The position numbers were made by a program, and so were the translations under genes. Shown here in pieces: positions 40,001-50,576 of a stretch of DNA of 64,000 nt. Position 1 is the first letter of the stretch, and each line of letters starts with the position of its first letter. Under the pieces are notes generated by a model. That model saw only the letters and a program-made list of their open reading frames with translations. It searched no databases and was not told where the DNA came from. The stretch lies in the IMG/VR virus record IMGVR_UViG_3300050513_000092, one strand, 5' to 3'. The DNA comes from an uncultured virus (IMG/VR IMGVR_UViG_3300050513_000092). Lineage: Duplodnaviria; Heunggongvirae; Uroviricota; Caudoviricetes.

Positions 40001-41242
40001 ATGGCAACCGTCGCGCGCGGTGGAGAGATCACACTCAGGGCGCTCTATCGAAATGGAGCTGGTCTCCCGGCCGACGGGGACAACGTCACGATGTCGCTCC
40101 GCAACCCGGACGGCGACATCGTGTATGGGCCGTTCGTCATCCCACCGATCGTCGACGAGCCCGGCATAGGCGCCTACAGCTACCTCTGGCAGACGCTCTC
40201 GAACGAGGAGCTCGGAACCTGGTCGGCGGAGTGGTCGGGGCAGATTGCTGGCGGCGACGTCAGTGGCTCAGAGTACGTCGATGTTGTCGTGGCGGGGACC
40301 GTCACGGGGCCAGCGGTCATCGTCGGGGGTCGGAGCCCCGGCTACATGACCCCGCAGCGCTTCAAGAAGGCTGGCTTCGGCATCGGGCTCAACGGGGTTC
40401 CGGACCACGAGATCAGGGCGAACCTGCTCCGCTCGTCTGCTGCGGTCGACGCGTTCTGCAATGTGCCTCTGACGCCACAGCGCTACTCGTTCAAGGGTGG
40501 GGAAATCATCGGCGAAGAGCACGAGTGGGGCCGGAATAACCAGGCGGCACGGGTCTACCCGTTCCACACGCCGCTGAAGGCGATGTCCGCGATGCGGGTC
40601 CTGGCGACGGAGTCGACGTTCATCGATTTCCAGCCAGAAGACGTCTTCGTCAACAAGCACGGCGGCTACATCGAGATCATCAACTTCGCGCTGAGCCAGA
40701 TCGGCATCTGGGGCGCGGGCAACGTCCCACAGCTCGGGCTGTTCAACCCGGTCGCGCGGATCGACTACTCCTACGGCCACCAGTTCCCGGTGACGGACGA
40801 GCCGCTCATGGCGACCGATACGACCTCTGGCGACGAGGCGACGGAGTACATCGCCTCGGTGGGCTGGTGGGACACCGACCAGGACATCGTGCTCAAGCTC
40901 GACGACGTGGTCGTCTCGGGCGGCTACACCATCGACCCAGACAGCGGGATCGTGAAGCTCGATGATCCGATCTCGACCGCCTCGCTTCTCTCCGCATCGT
41001 TCGTCTACAAGGTGCCATGGGAGGTGCAGGAAGCAACGGGGATCGCCGCGAATGCCTTCCTGGGCGAGCGCAGCCTCGCTGCAAAGGGCCTGACGGGTCT
41101 GGAGTCACTGGAGATCGAAGAGGTCCGTGTGAGGCGTGTGGGCTCGCGTAGCGGGGCCGAGCGAGGGATTGAGCTGCCCGCTGCGGCGCAAGCCCTCCTG
41201 GGCGGCATGAACTTTATGACGATCCGGGGTGGATCCCGGTGA
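40001..41242 (+). CDS. Head-tail adaptor with N-terminal Ig-like domain
   Basis: Position; VDAFCN, YSYG, VPWEVQEA and LPAAAQALL adaptor-like motifs. Confidence 0.65.
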   Translation: MATVARGGEITLRALYRNGAGLPADGDNVTMSLRNPDGDIVYGPFVIPPIVDEPGIGAYSYLWQTLSNEELGTWSAEWSGQIAGGDVSGSEYVDVVVAGTVTGPAVIVGGRSPGYMTPQRFKKAGFGIGLNGVPDHEIRANLLRSSAAVDAFCNVPLTPQRYSFKGGEIIGEEHEWGRNNQAARVYPFHTPLKAMSAMRVLATESTFIDFQPEDVFVNKHGGYIEIINFALSQIGIWGAGNVPQLGLFNPVARIDYSYGHQFPVTDEPLMATDTTSGDEATEYIASVGWWDTDQDIVLKLDDVVVSGGYTIDPDSGIVKLDDPISTASLLSASFVYKVPWEVQEATGIAANAFLGERSLAAKGLTGLESLEIEEVRVRRVGSRSGAERGIELPAAAQALLGGMNFMTIRGGSR

Positions 41243-41613
41243 GCGGGCCGCTGGTCTCCCAGTCCGAGATCGAGAGCCTGCGGGAATATGCCCTGACCGG
41301 CATGCAGACCGAGATCCAGATCTTCCGCAAGGTCTCGGTGGCGGGTGACTACGGCGACGACGAAGAGTCGTTCTCGAGCACGCCCGACGCGGTCGTGATG
41401 GGCTGGTTCCGCAACGCCCCGAACCTCAACCTGACCGACGAGATGGGGGCACTGCAACAGATCGATGATGGACGCCTCTTCGTGCCTGTCGGCACAGACA
41501 TCTCTCGCGGCGACAAGGTGGTCATCGAGGGCAACGCCTGGTCGGTGATCGACACCAGCGAGGAGAGCACCTACAAGGTCCTGCTGCGGGCTTCTCTGCG
41601 TCGGGAGAGCTAA
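41239..41613 (+). CDS. Head closure/stopper protein
   Basis: Position; LFVPVGTDISRGDKVVIEG motif. Confidence 0.7.
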   Translation: MSGPLVSQSEIESLREYALTGMQTEIQIFRKVSVAGDYGDDEESFSSTPDAVVMGWFRNAPNLNLTDEMGALQQIDDGRLFVPVGTDISRGDKVVIEGNAWSVIDTSEESTYKVLLRASLRRES

Positions 41614-41616
41614 CCG

Positions 41617-42375
41617 ATGGTCCGGGTGGTTCTCGAGGTCACGGCCAGTGCCGAATCGATGAGGAGCATCGAGAACGGCATCTACGATGCGCTTGATGAG
41701 GCTGTCAGCAACACGCTGGCCTACGGTGAGACGTTCGCCAAGCGCAAGGCTCCTGTGCGGAAGGTCACACGGCGCGGCGTGCCCGCACGGACACGGGAGC
41801 TCACCCAGGGAGAGATCGCCGAGCTGCCGGACTTCGCCCGGAAGGGTCTCAATCCGGTCACTGGCAGATCGATACGGACCGGGGAGCTACCGAGGACGAC
41901 GACCCGCATTGCCGGAGCAGCGAGGCTGGTTCCAACCGCTCGCATCAGGGGCAAAACCTACAAGCTGGGCGGCGAGACAGGGCGAGATGTCAGGTACACC
42001 GAGAGCGGTGAGCCGAAGATGCGGAACGAGCGGTTCGCTCAGCTTCTCAGCTCGAGGGGCAACTACGAGCTCAGGAGCGGCCGCGGGGTCTACACCCGGC
42101 AGCTCACGGCCATGGTGGGAACCACCCTCCGACATGCCGAGCGATCGACCCTGGGGGGTCGACTGCGGGGAGAGATCAACTCGAAGATCACATCGTTCGC
42201 GACGAGGGGTGGGATCGCGGAGGGGATCCTGGAGAGCCCCACCGAATACGCCCAGTACGTCGAGTTCCCCACCTCGCGAACTGCGGCGCAGCCATACATT
42301 CGACCAGCTCGAGAGGCGATGAGGCCGAGGCTGATTCGCAACATCGAGCTGGAAATGAGAAGGGTCGGAGGGTAG
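41617..42375 (+). CDS. HK97 gp10-like neck protein
   Basis: AKRKAPV, GRLRGEI and EYAQYVEFPTSRTAAQPYIRPA motifs. Confidence 0.8.
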   Translation: MVRVVLEVTASAESMRSIENGIYDALDEAVSNTLAYGETFAKRKAPVRKVTRRGVPARTRELTQGEIAELPDFARKGLNPVTGRSIRTGELPRTTTRIAGAARLVPTARIRGKTYKLGGETGRDVRYTESGEPKMRNERFAQLLSSRGNYELRSGRGVYTRQLTAMVGTTLRHAERSTLGGRLRGEINSKITSFATRGGIAEGILESPTEYAQYVEFPTSRTAAQPYIRPAREAMRPRLIRNIELEMRRVGG

Positions 42376-42378
42376 GCG

Positions 42379-42831
42379 ATGCCACCGAGGAACATCGCTC
42401 CAACCTCCGGTCCGGTCGAGAAAGCCCTCGTGGCGAAACTTCGCGCCAACACCGCGATCAGTGACGCAGCCGTCGGCGGCATCCACGAGGGAGTCAACGC
42501 GCGCAAGACGATCGTCTATCCCTACATCGTGTACTCCCCGGCCTTTCTCCCGATCGAGAGGGCCTGGGGCTCGGCGATGTTGGTCGGGGGATGGGACATC
42601 ATCGCCTACGCCATGGTTCCGGACGAGGCTAGAACCCTCGACCAGCTCATTACCGACGAGCTCGATGACGGTGAGCTCTCGGTCCCTGGGCTTACCACCC
42701 TAATCGTCAGCCGCTCGGAGGAGCTCGCGCTCCCGTCTGATCGGAATGCCGAGGGGAAGAAGGTTGCTCGCAAGGGGGCGACCTATTCCATCTGGGTAGA
42801 CCAGAACAACCTGGAAGCGGAATACGAGTAG
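42379..42831 (+). CDS. Tail terminator (DUF3168-like)
   Basis: Position; YPYIVY motif. Confidence 0.65.
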   Translation: MPPRNIAPTSGPVEKALVAKLRANTAISDAAVGGIHEGVNARKTIVYPYIVYSPAFLPIERAWGSAMLVGGWDIIAYAMVPDEARTLDQLITDELDDGELSVPGLTTLIVSRSEELALPSDRNAEGKKVARKGATYSIWVDQNNLEAEYE

Positions 42832-42840
42832 GGAGATACC

Positions 42841-43266
42841 ATGGCTGCCAACGAAGGCAAGAAGATCCACGGCAAGAACGGGGCGATCTATCTGAACAAC
42901 CCCAAGGGTGGACCGGGAGCGGTCAAGGTGGCAGCCAAGGCGGGCTACACCCTGAACCTGGGCCGCGACTACGTCGAGGCCACCACCTTTGGCGACACGA
43001 ACAAGACCTACCTCACGGGCCTGAAGGACGTCTCCGGGACCTGGGAAGGGCTCATGGATGTGTCGGGCGACCTCCTGGTCAACCTGACCGACGAGGACGA
43101 GACGCCGGTCTACCTGTACGCCGACGATCGGGACGGCTTCGAGATCCTGCTCGCGCATGGGCCGGGTCTCTTCGACAGCTCGATCAACGCGTCCAACGCG
43201 GACGCGATTCGGTGCAGCGGCAACTTCCGGGCTGCGGCGGCCTGGACCGTGCTGAGCGGCCTGTAA
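42841..43266 (+). CDS. Major tail tube protein
   Basis: HGKNGAIY and EATTFGDTNKTYLTGLKDVSGTWEG motifs. Confidence 0.8.
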   Translation: MAANEGKKIHGKNGAIYLNNPKGGPGAVKVAAKAGYTLNLGRDYVEATTFGDTNKTYLTGLKDVSGTWEGLMDVSGDLLVNLTDEDETPVYLYADDRDGFEILLAHGPGLFDSSINASNADAIRCSGNFRAAAAWTVLSGL

Positions 43267-43280
43267 GAGCCGCTGCCAAC

Positions 43281-43314
43281 GGGGGCGGAGGGGAAGCAGG
43301 ACGTCTCCGCCCCC
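43281..43314 (+). terminator. 10-bp hairpin after the tail tube gene
   Basis: GGGGGCGGAG / CTCCGCCCCC. Confidence 0.5.
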
Positions 43315-43342
43315 AACCTCAACTCCGACAGGAGAAGGACCA

Positions 43343-43678
43343 ATGCCCTTCGGGCAGATTCGTGGGAAACACGGAGACGTGTCGATCCCATCCATGGGCG
43401 CCGTCGTCGGACGTTTCGATGGCAAGGACGGATATTGGGTACTGAAACGGCATGAGAGTGGTCAGCAGCAGGGCAAGCCTGTGGTCTACCACTTTCATGC
43501 CGTTTTGTCGTACCTGCATCGCGGCCTGTACGACGACCCGCGCTTCACCAAGCGGCTCACCATCAAGGTGGGCTCAGAGCTGTTCCGGGTAGAACCGATC
43601 GAAGGCCAGCGAATGGTGCTGACAGGTCGGACCCTACAGTCAGAAGGAGTGAACCTGTGGCCGGTAGAACCAACCTGA
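43343..43678 (+). CDS. Hypothetical tail-region protein
   Basis: ORF with AAGGA RBS. Confidence 0.6.
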   Translation: MPFGQIRGKHGDVSIPSMGAVVGRFDGKDGYWVLKRHESGQQQGKPVVYHFHAVLSYLHRGLYDDPRFTKRLTIKVGSELFRVEPIEGQRMVLTGRTLQSEGVNLWPVEPT

Positions 43679-44073
43679 AAGAAGTCTCCACGCTCGCAGA
43701 GGTCGAGCAGCCAGGCACCATCAGCTACCACATCCGCGGCAAGCTGTATGAGATCAACGAGGTCGAGGCGGGCGACTACGAAGACGCCGCGCGCCTGGCG
43801 ACCAACGAGGAAGAGGGCACCACGGACATGGCCCTGCTCACCAAGTTCCTGACGCTCAAGGCGGTCAGGGTCGACGGTGAGGAGCTGAATCCCGATGCCT
43901 GGGGCAAGGAGAAGTTCCCCGTCGTGAACCGGGTCCAGAACGACGTGCGTCGCCTGCACTACGTCGAGATGGAGACCGACGAGGAGAAGGCCGATCGCAA
44001 GAAGGCCGAGGCCAAGGCCGCGGCTGCTGACGCGAAGAAGAAGCCGGAGGGACCAGACCTCCCAAACTCCTGA
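43657..44073 (+). CDS. Tail assembly chaperone (gpG-like)
   Basis: Position before the tape measure; slippery C CCA AAC at 44061-44067. Confidence 0.75.
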   Translation: MAGRTNLKEVSTLAEVEQPGTISYHIRGKLYEINEVEAGDYEDAARLATNEEEGTTDMALLTKFLTLKAVRVDGEELNPDAWGKEKFPVVNRVQNDVRRLHYVEMETDEEKADRKKAEAKAAAADAKKKPEGPDLPNS

Positions 44074-44324
44074 CCTGGGGCCAGATCTTCTTCATGGAGA
44101 TCGCCCGGGCATTCCCGCAGGTGGGCAGCGCGGCCGATGTGTCGCACTGGCCCACCCGGAAGTACAAGAAATATCGCGCCTACCTTCTTTGGATCCGCAA
44201 GGTGGAGTCGTATGGCGGCTCTCGGGACGAAGAAGAGGCAGACGACGGCACACCGCGCTGGTGGGTCGAGGGCTCCGAGGACACCCCGTCCTGGGAGACT
44301 GAATCGTTCGAGCGGGTGAGGTAA
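44061..44324 (+). CDS. gpT-like -1 frameshift extension of the chaperone
   Basis: The -1 frame is open from the heptamer (PKLLTWGQIFFMEIARAF...) to 44324. Confidence 0.75.
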   Translation, partial: PKLLTWGQIFFMEIARAFPQVGSAADVSHWPTRKYKKYRAYLLWIRKVESYGGSRDEEEADDGTPRWWVEGSEDTPSWETESFERVR

Positions 44325-44329
44325 AGCCC

Positions 44330-47300
44330 ATGGCGGGCGAACAGATCAAGGGCATCGGCGTCAAGGTCACGGCCGACGCCTCCGAGATCAAGAACGCGTT
44401 CAACACGGCAGTGAAGGGTCTTGAGAACAAGACCCTTCAGATGAAGCTGTCCGTCGTCAAGGACGCTTCGGTCGATCGGGTCTTGAAGGAGATCCGGCAG
44501 ACCAGGGTCTCGGTCGACGTTGCCCTGCATCCCACCCGCGACACGATCCGCACCATCCGGCGCGACTTCAAGGACGCCATGGCCCGCGAGGGTGGCCTGC
44601 CGGTCCCAATCTCCATCAAGGCCATTACCCAGGCCGAGGGGAAGCGGATCAGGCAGGCCATCGTCGACTCGATCGGCACGCCGGAGATCACGGTCATCCT
44701 CAACCCGCAATGGGCAGGTGGTGGCTCCGCAGCGGGGATTTTCGGCGGACACGGCGGCACCCCCGGTGGAAGCGTCGCAGGAGGCCCTGCGCGGGCCGCT
44801 GCGCCCCCTTCGGCACCCAGGACGGCTGCGGGGGTGCGGAGCGGCGTCAGCACCCGGCTGGCGAGCTTCCAGCGCCAAGCTGACGAGGCACAGACCGAGT
44901 GGGAGAACCGGCTACTGAACAGCCGCGTTGTCCTGCTTCAGCGTGCAAACACTGCGAACAAGCAGCAGACGCGGACCAAGGCCGCCAAGGCACTCGCGGA
45001 GATCGACAAGCAGCTTGGCGCGATGCCGTTCGTCAGCGTCATTGGTGCGCCCCGCACTGCGGGAGGCACGGCTACGTCGACTGCCGAGGCTCCCACTCGA
45101 CCCAACCGCGGTGGGCTCATCTCGCCGAACGTCGGGCTGCCAACAGGTCCGACTGACTGGGAGAAGGTCGCTCGGATCTTCTACCAGAACGTCTCGCGGC
45201 GACAGCTCAGCACTCCTGCCTTTGTTGGTGGTGAGTTCCCGCAGGAGGGGCTCGATCAAGGTACGGGCCGGTTCCGGGGCCTGAACGGACGGTTTATCAG
45301 TCGGACCGCCTACCAGGAGAACCGCCGCGGACGCGATCGCGGCCAGCGGACTCAGATGTCCTTCCTCCAGCCGGGCCTCGATCTCACTCCGGAAGAGATC
45401 GAAGGACGCCGTGCAGCGCGTGTCGAACGCGTGGCAGCCGGTCGCACGGCATCGCCCATGGACGAGCTGGTCCGCACCATCAAGGGCCTGCCATTCACGT
45501 TCGGGGATGCCTTCGAGCAGGGGCTTGCTGCGCTCAAGAAGGGCGACGTCGCGGGTGCGCTCGGCAGGCATGTAGGGCCAGGCGAGGCGGGATCCGGGAT
45601 CCGCGGTGCGCTCGACCAGCTTCTCGCACGCGGTAGGGCAGGTCTGATCCCCGGCGTTGGGCCGCGGACCGTCTCCAACGCGCTCGATCCGACCAAGGAG
45701 ATTCGACCCGGTCCGCACGCCGAGGCGCAGGCCGCCTTCGTCCTCGAGGCGCAGGTGCTCCAGAGCCTCCAAGGCGCGATCATGGAGGGCCAGACCCAGG
45801 CGACAGCGGCCGCACGCCCGAGGCGCCCCCGCCGCGGCCAGAGGCAGCGTGTGGCTCGCGATGTCGCGCGCGCGGCTGCCCTAGGACCCGCCGAACCGAT
45901 GCCATGGGCCGCCGGAGCCCCAGAGGCACCCGCGGAGGTGGCTGCCGCTCCTGCTGGTCAGGTGTTCGAGTTCCCGCATCTGGCAGTGGCCGGAGCCGTG
46001 GAGGGCGGCGGTGGCGGCGGCGGTATCCCATTCTTCGGCGGACATGGCGGTGGGCCGGTGCCGGTCGAGGTGATGAACTGGCCCGGTGGATTCGAGCAGG
46101 GCGGCTCGGTGGCCGCCGCAGGGGTACAGCCGACCTCGAAGGACTTCGAGCGCATGTTCCAGCAGGCGCGCGAGGATGTTCAGGAGGCGGCGCAGAAACT
46201 CGGCGTCACACCGCCAGGCGGCGGCAAGAAGCAACCGGCTACCCCGAAGGCCAGACTTGCCGGTACGCCGCGCACAGAGGCACTGCGAGCTATCCAGGCG
46301 GGGACCCTGACACCCGAGCAGGCCGAGGGCATTCTCAACCCGCCGTTGGCGGCCGAGCCCACGGGTCTTGATCGAGCTCGCCAGGCGGTCGAGGAGCAGC
46401 TTGCTCAGGCACGGCAGGGCCTCCCGATCCGCGGATTCGCAACGTCGGTCGCGCAGTTGGCGGCTGGCGGTGGCCGGGGCAAGATCACCGCTCGCTTCCA
46501 GCGGGCTGGAGAGCTGTTGACGCAGGCAGGCGGATTCGCCACCGACACCGAGCGGCTCAACAAGCTCCAGTCGATCAACGCCGCCCAGCTCGACAACATC
46601 AACGCGAAGAAGGAGAAGGGCGGCAAGCTCACTAAGGTCGAGAAGGGCTTGCTCACGTCCCTGGTCGAGGACCAGAAGGAGATCGGCAAGCGTATTGCCT
46701 CCAACGAGGAGGCTCAGCAGGGCCTCGTCAACCAGGCCAGCCAGCTCGCTCGCCTGACTGGCGGCGAGAAGCTTGCCAACCTCGGCAAGAGCCTCGTCGG
46801 ATCCATCGGAGGCACGCTTGCCTTCGGCACGGCGCTGGGCGCCGTGGCTGGTGCATCGGCCCTCGCTTTCAAGGCGCTGTCGCCGCTCGTGGAGCGGTCG
46901 CTGGGCTACCAGAACGTCAGCGCCGCCATCACCAACAACCTGGCCGAGCAGCAGAAGCAGCAGGGCGGCAACGTCAAGATGCTGGTCGAGCAGGAGCTCG
47001 CCACCAAGAATCTGACCAGGGCCAATGCGGCGCTGCTCGCCCCAGCCCTCCAGCGTCGAGCTGAGACGCAGGCCGGAGCACTCGCGATCCAGGGGCGGAC
47101 GGAAGAAACGGCCGCTGCCGTCAACATCCAGAACGCGGAGTCGGGCAACCTCGGTCCGCGAGGCGGGGGGCGGACGCGGTTCAGTACCAACCCAGACATT
47201 TACACCTCCTCCGGTGGCCTCTTCAACACGTCGTTGTTCGCTCCGGTGCAGAGCACCCAAGAAGCGATCGCACGACAGCTCGATCTTGCGGGGCAGGGGC

Positions 47301-49228
47301 TCGGGACAGCGCCCCCAGGACCGGGGGAAACGGCGCTTAGGTCTCCTATCGAGACCCAGATACGTGCGCTTCTGGAGCCCATCTTTGGACCCGAGAAGGG
47401 ACCCGCTGGCACGCCGGGATTCAAGCCGAATGTGACCGCGTTCCAGACCTTCCAGAATGATGTGAAGGCGGCCGGTCTTGGACTCCGGGCGGTAAAAGAC
47501 CGAGGCGCCGATCTCGACAAGACCTTTGCTGCGCTCCAGGCGGCTGATCTTCAGGAGTTTGCCAATGCCGCCAAGAACAGCGGCATCGCGCTCCAGGGCC
47601 TCACTGGCGACGTCAAGAAGGATGCCGTCGCGGTCACGGTGCTCACCGAACAGCTCGGCAAGGCTGCCGCGCGCCGGACACCGGAGCAGATCATCGCGGG
47701 CCAGCAGGACCAGCTCCGCGGCATCCGGGCCGGGATCAACGCCGATCTTGGCCTCCAGCTCCGAACCTTCCTGCCCGCCCAGCGTGCGCTGAGCAGCCTG
47801 GCGCAGCCGCAGGCGGCCTTTGGTCGTGGCGTGGTGCCGCTCAACAACCTCGCGGATCGGCTGCCATTCGGCGGCCTGCCTCAGACAATCCGCGGCGAGC
47901 TCAACGTGCCGGGGCAGGTCACGGGGATCGGCGGCCAGTTCAAGGGCGTGCCGCCAGAGGCGATCGCTTCGTTCAGCCGCTACCGGAGCGAAGCCCAGGC
48001 CGCCATCGATGCGGTCAATGCCAAGGCCGCCGAGGGTGAGAAGGTCCTGCGCGACACGCTTCATGTACCGCAGGGCACGATCAACGAGCTGCGCGGCTTC
48101 GGGCAGCGCATCGACCAGATCAGCCAGAAGCAGGCGAACCTCCAGCTCGACCTCCAGTACAGCCAGTACAACCACCAGCTCTTCATCGCCAAGCGCACGC
48201 TGGGCGACATCGCGGGGCTGATCGGTCGCAGCGGTGGGACGGAGATCGGCGTGCTCCAGCGCGTCGACCTGCTGCTGGGCCGCCAGAACCAGAAGCTCGC
48301 CTTCAAGAGCCAGCTCATCGGGCAGCAGGCGCAGTCGCTCCAGTTCGAGCTCCAGCAGCGCCAGATCAACTTCCAGCGCTCGGTGGCGGGCTTCACCGCG
48401 CCTGGAGTCACGCCGGAGGAGAGGGCGGCCCGCATCGAAGAGGCCAAGATCGAGGCGGACTACTCCCAGAAGCAGCTCGACTTCCAGAAGCAGCAGTTCG
48501 ACCTCGCCAAGCAGCAGTACGAGCTGTCGAAGAAGCAGTTTGAGAACCAGGTCGCGCTTCAGGATGCGCTGAATACTCGGGCCTTCACGGACCAGGCTGC
48601 GGCGATCGCCGAGATGGTGAAGGCGTTCCAGACCCAGGTCGAGGTGGCCGCGCTCGAGGAGCTCAAGTCTGCCATCGCGGCCCAGCGCGACCAGCTCGTG
48701 GCGGACATCTCAGCCCAGGCGTCCGCCGAAGAGCAGTACCTCAAGGCCGAGGCACAGTTCGCGACCGACCTGATGACGCAGACGGGACAGTTCACGGTCG
48801 GCATCGTCAACCAGGTGAAGAAGGTCTTCGATGAGATCCGTGCCTCGGTGCCGTGGTTCTTCGGAGGTGGTGGTGGCGGCGGAGGCGGCGGCAGCGGCAT
48901 TCCCGGTGATACATCTGCCAAGCAGCGAGAGGGCGGCCATGCGGCTGGCATGCTGGGTGAGGTCACGCAGCCGACCTCGCTCGGTTACGCTGGCGAGGCT
49001 GGCAAGGAGCTGGTGGCGGTCATCCGCAATCCGCGGCCCTACCCGGTGGGTATGGGCACTAGCGGAGGCGGAGCGAGTGGAAGCTTCTCGCCGATCTACA
49101 TCACGATCAGTGGCAACTCGGTCCGCGATGATCGCGATCTCGACGAGCTCGCCACGCGCGTCGGGCGTATTGTCGAAACCAACATGGGACGCCGAGCCTC
49201 GCAGTTCGGCTTCAGAACGACGAGGTAG
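44330..49228 (+). CDS. Tape measure protein
   Basis: 1632 aa, Ala/Gln/Gly-rich, coiled-coil; C-terminal AGEAGKELV motif. Confidence 0.9.
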   Translation: MAGEQIKGIGVKVTADASEIKNAFNTAVKGLENKTLQMKLSVVKDASVDRVLKEIRQTRVSVDVALHPTRDTIRTIRRDFKDAMAREGGLPVPISIKAITQAEGKRIRQAIVDSIGTPEITVILNPQWAGGGSAAGIFGGHGGTPGGSVAGGPARAAAPPSAPRTAAGVRSGVSTRLASFQRQADEAQTEWENRLLNSRVVLLQRANTANKQQTRTKAAKALAEIDKQLGAMPFVSVIGAPRTAGGTATSTAEAPTRPNRGGLISPNVGLPTGPTDWEKVARIFYQNVSRRQLSTPAFVGGEFPQEGLDQGTGRFRGLNGRFISRTAYQENRRGRDRGQRTQMSFLQPGLDLTPEEIEGRRAARVERVAAGRTASPMDELVRTIKGLPFTFGDAFEQGLAALKKGDVAGALGRHVGPGEAGSGIRGALDQLLARGRAGLIPGVGPRTVSNALDPTKEIRPGPHAEAQAAFVLEAQVLQSLQGAIMEGQTQATAAARPRRPRRGQRQRVARDVARAAALGPAEPMPWAAGAPEAPAEVAAAPAGQVFEFPHLAVAGAVEGGGGGGGIPFFGGHGGGPVPVEVMNWPGGFEQGGSVAAAGVQPTSKDFERMFQQAREDVQEAAQKLGVTPPGGGKKQPATPKARLAGTPRTEALRAIQAGTLTPEQAEGILNPPLAAEPTGLDRARQAVEEQLAQARQGLPIRGFATSVAQLAAGGGRGKITARFQRAGELLTQAGGFATDTERLNKLQSINAAQLDNINAKKEKGGKLTKVEKGLLTSLVEDQKEIGKRIASNEEAQQGLVNQASQLARLTGGEKLANLGKSLVGSIGGTLAFGTALGAVAGASALAFKALSPLVERSLGYQNVSAAITNNLAEQQKQQGGNVKMLVEQELATKNLTRANAALLAPALQRRAETQAGALAIQGRTEETAAAVNIQNAESGNLGPRGGGRTRFSTNPDIYTSSGGLFNTSLFAPVQSTQEAIARQLDLAGQGLGTAPPGPGETALRSPIETQIRALLEPIFGPEKGPAGTPGFKPNVTAFQTFQNDVKAAGLGLRAVKDRGADLDKTFAALQAADLQEFANAAKNSGIALQGLTGDVKKDAVAVTVLTEQLGKAAARRTPEQIIAGQQDQLRGIRAGINADLGLQLRTFLPAQRALSSLAQPQAAFGRGVVPLNNLADRLPFGGLPQTIRGELNVPGQVTGIGGQFKGVPPEAIASFSRYRSEAQAAIDAVNAKAAEGEKVLRDTLHVPQGTINELRGFGQRIDQISQKQANLQLDLQYSQYNHQLFIAKRTLGDIAGLIGRSGGTEIGVLQRVDLLLGRQNQKLAFKSQLIGQQAQSLQFELQQRQINFQRSVAGFTAPGVTPEERAARIEEAKIEADYSQKQLDFQKQQFDLAKQQYELSKKQFENQVALQDALNTRAFTDQAAAIAEMVKAFQTQVEVAALEELKSAIAAQRDQLVADISAQASAEEQYLKAEAQFATDLMTQTGQFTVGIVNQVKKVFDEIRASVPWFFGGGGGGGGGGSGIPGDTSAKQREGGHAAGMLGEVTQPTSLGYAGEAGKELVAVIRNPRPYPVGMGTSGGGASGSFSPIYITISGNSVRDDRDLDELATRVGRIVETNMGRRASQFGFRTTR

Positions 49229-49230
49229 GC

Positions 49231-49740
49231 ATGGACGCAGTCGAAGTCGCGAAGCACCGCACCGCCTGGCGGGTCGAGAAGTACCGAGAGGACATCGGCC
49301 TCTGGGCTGGCCGCGAAGATCAGTTCTTCAGCCAGTTCCGGCCCTACGAGGTGGTAGAAGGCGAGGGGAACATCCTCGTCAACGCGGGCATCGCACTCAT
49401 GCTGGATCTGCTCATCGGTGCGGGCGGAACCGTCTTCAGCAACGCGAACGCCTACCTCGGGGTGGGTGACAGCACGACCGCGGCCTCGGCGGGTCAGACC
49501 GATCTCCAGGCATCGACCAACAAGCTCCGCAAGGCGATGGATGCGACCTACCCTTCTCGGAGCGGACAGACTCTCACCTTCAAGTCATCGTTTGGCAGCG
49601 GTGACGCCAACTTTCACTGGAACGAGTGGGCGATCTTCAACGCCAGCTCGAGCGGCACCATGCTCAACCGCAAGGTGCAAGACTTCGGGACGAAGTCAGC
49701 GGGGACCTGGGTCCTGACCGCGACGGTGACCATCTCCTGA
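49231..49740 (+). CDS. Tail protein
   Basis: NILVNAG, LGVGDSTTAA..GQTDL and ANFHWNEWAIFN motifs. Confidence 0.7.
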   Translation: MDAVEVAKHRTAWRVEKYREDIGLWAGREDQFFSQFRPYEVVEGEGNILVNAGIALMLDLLIGAGGTVFSNANAYLGVGDSTTAASAGQTDLQASTNKLRKAMDATYPSRSGQTLTFKSSFGSGDANFHWNEWAIFNASSSGTMLNRKVQDFGTKSAGTWVLTATVTIS

Positions 49741-50564
49741 TGACGGAGAACACCGCCAACACCTACGCGACCACGCTGAACAACGGCGGCACGCTGAACT
49801 CAGGCGATACATCGATGGTGGTCACGAGCGCCACCGGATCGCCAGCGGCCAACTTCCGGGTGAAGATCGAGAACGAGCTGATCCTCGTCACCGCCAAGAG
49901 TGGGACCACCTTTACCATCACGCGTGGGATCGAAGGCACAACGGCGGCCTCACACGCGGATGGAAGCGCGGTCACGCACGTTCTGACCTCTGCCTCGTTG
50001 GCCCAGTTGATCGCAGAAGGGGCCAGCGGCGCGACCTGGGTACAAGACATCAACGAGAGCGGCGCGAGCTTCTCGAACTGGACGGCGCTCGGTGGGTCAT
50101 GGGACAGCGACGGCACGGTCATCCGGCACACCTCGGTCGCGAATGCGTGGCAGGAGTCTAAGTACAACACCCTGATCCCTCTTGGCTTTCCAGTTATCGC
50201 GGAAGCGGAGATACGGCTTCCGAGTGCAGGGCAAGGGACCGGGTCCTTCGTGCAGAGCGGCATCAAGATTGGCCGCACGGGCATCCTCTTCAGATATTCC
50301 GGGACGCAGGCCATCCTCCATCAGGACTTTGCGATCACGGACTACCGCGACTTTGCTTTCACGATCGCTCTGGACACCTGGTACAAGCTTCGTGCCGTCA
50401 CCTCCGGCCCTCTGGTGAGCATCTATGTCGACGGCGTGCTCAAGGCCACGTCGTTGGTTGGCGGGACGGGTGCTGCTGACTACTTTGGCCTAGGTGGCTA
50501 CAACTCGCTCATGCACTACCGCAACATCAAACTCTGGACGTTGAGGGGCGGAGCGCCAGCCTAG
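49740..50564 (+). CDS. Tail fibre/receptor-binding protein with C-terminal lectin-like (ConA) domain
   Basis: TGATG overlap; TRGIEGTTAASHADG domain; DTWYKLRAV...IYVDG...YRNIKLW. Confidence 0.65.
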   Translation: MTENTANTYATTLNNGGTLNSGDTSMVVTSATGSPAANFRVKIENELILVTAKSGTTFTITRGIEGTTAASHADGSAVTHVLTSASLAQLIAEGASGATWVQDINESGASFSNWTALGGSWDSDGTVIRHTSVANAWQESKYNTLIPLGFPVIAEAEIRLPSAGQGTGSFVQSGIKIGRTGILFRYSGTQAILHQDFAITDYRDFAFTIALDTWYKLRAVTSGPLVSIYVDGVLKATSLVGGTGAADYFGLGGYNSLMHYRNIKLWTLRGGAPA

Positions 50565-50576
50565 GGAGGCTAGAAC

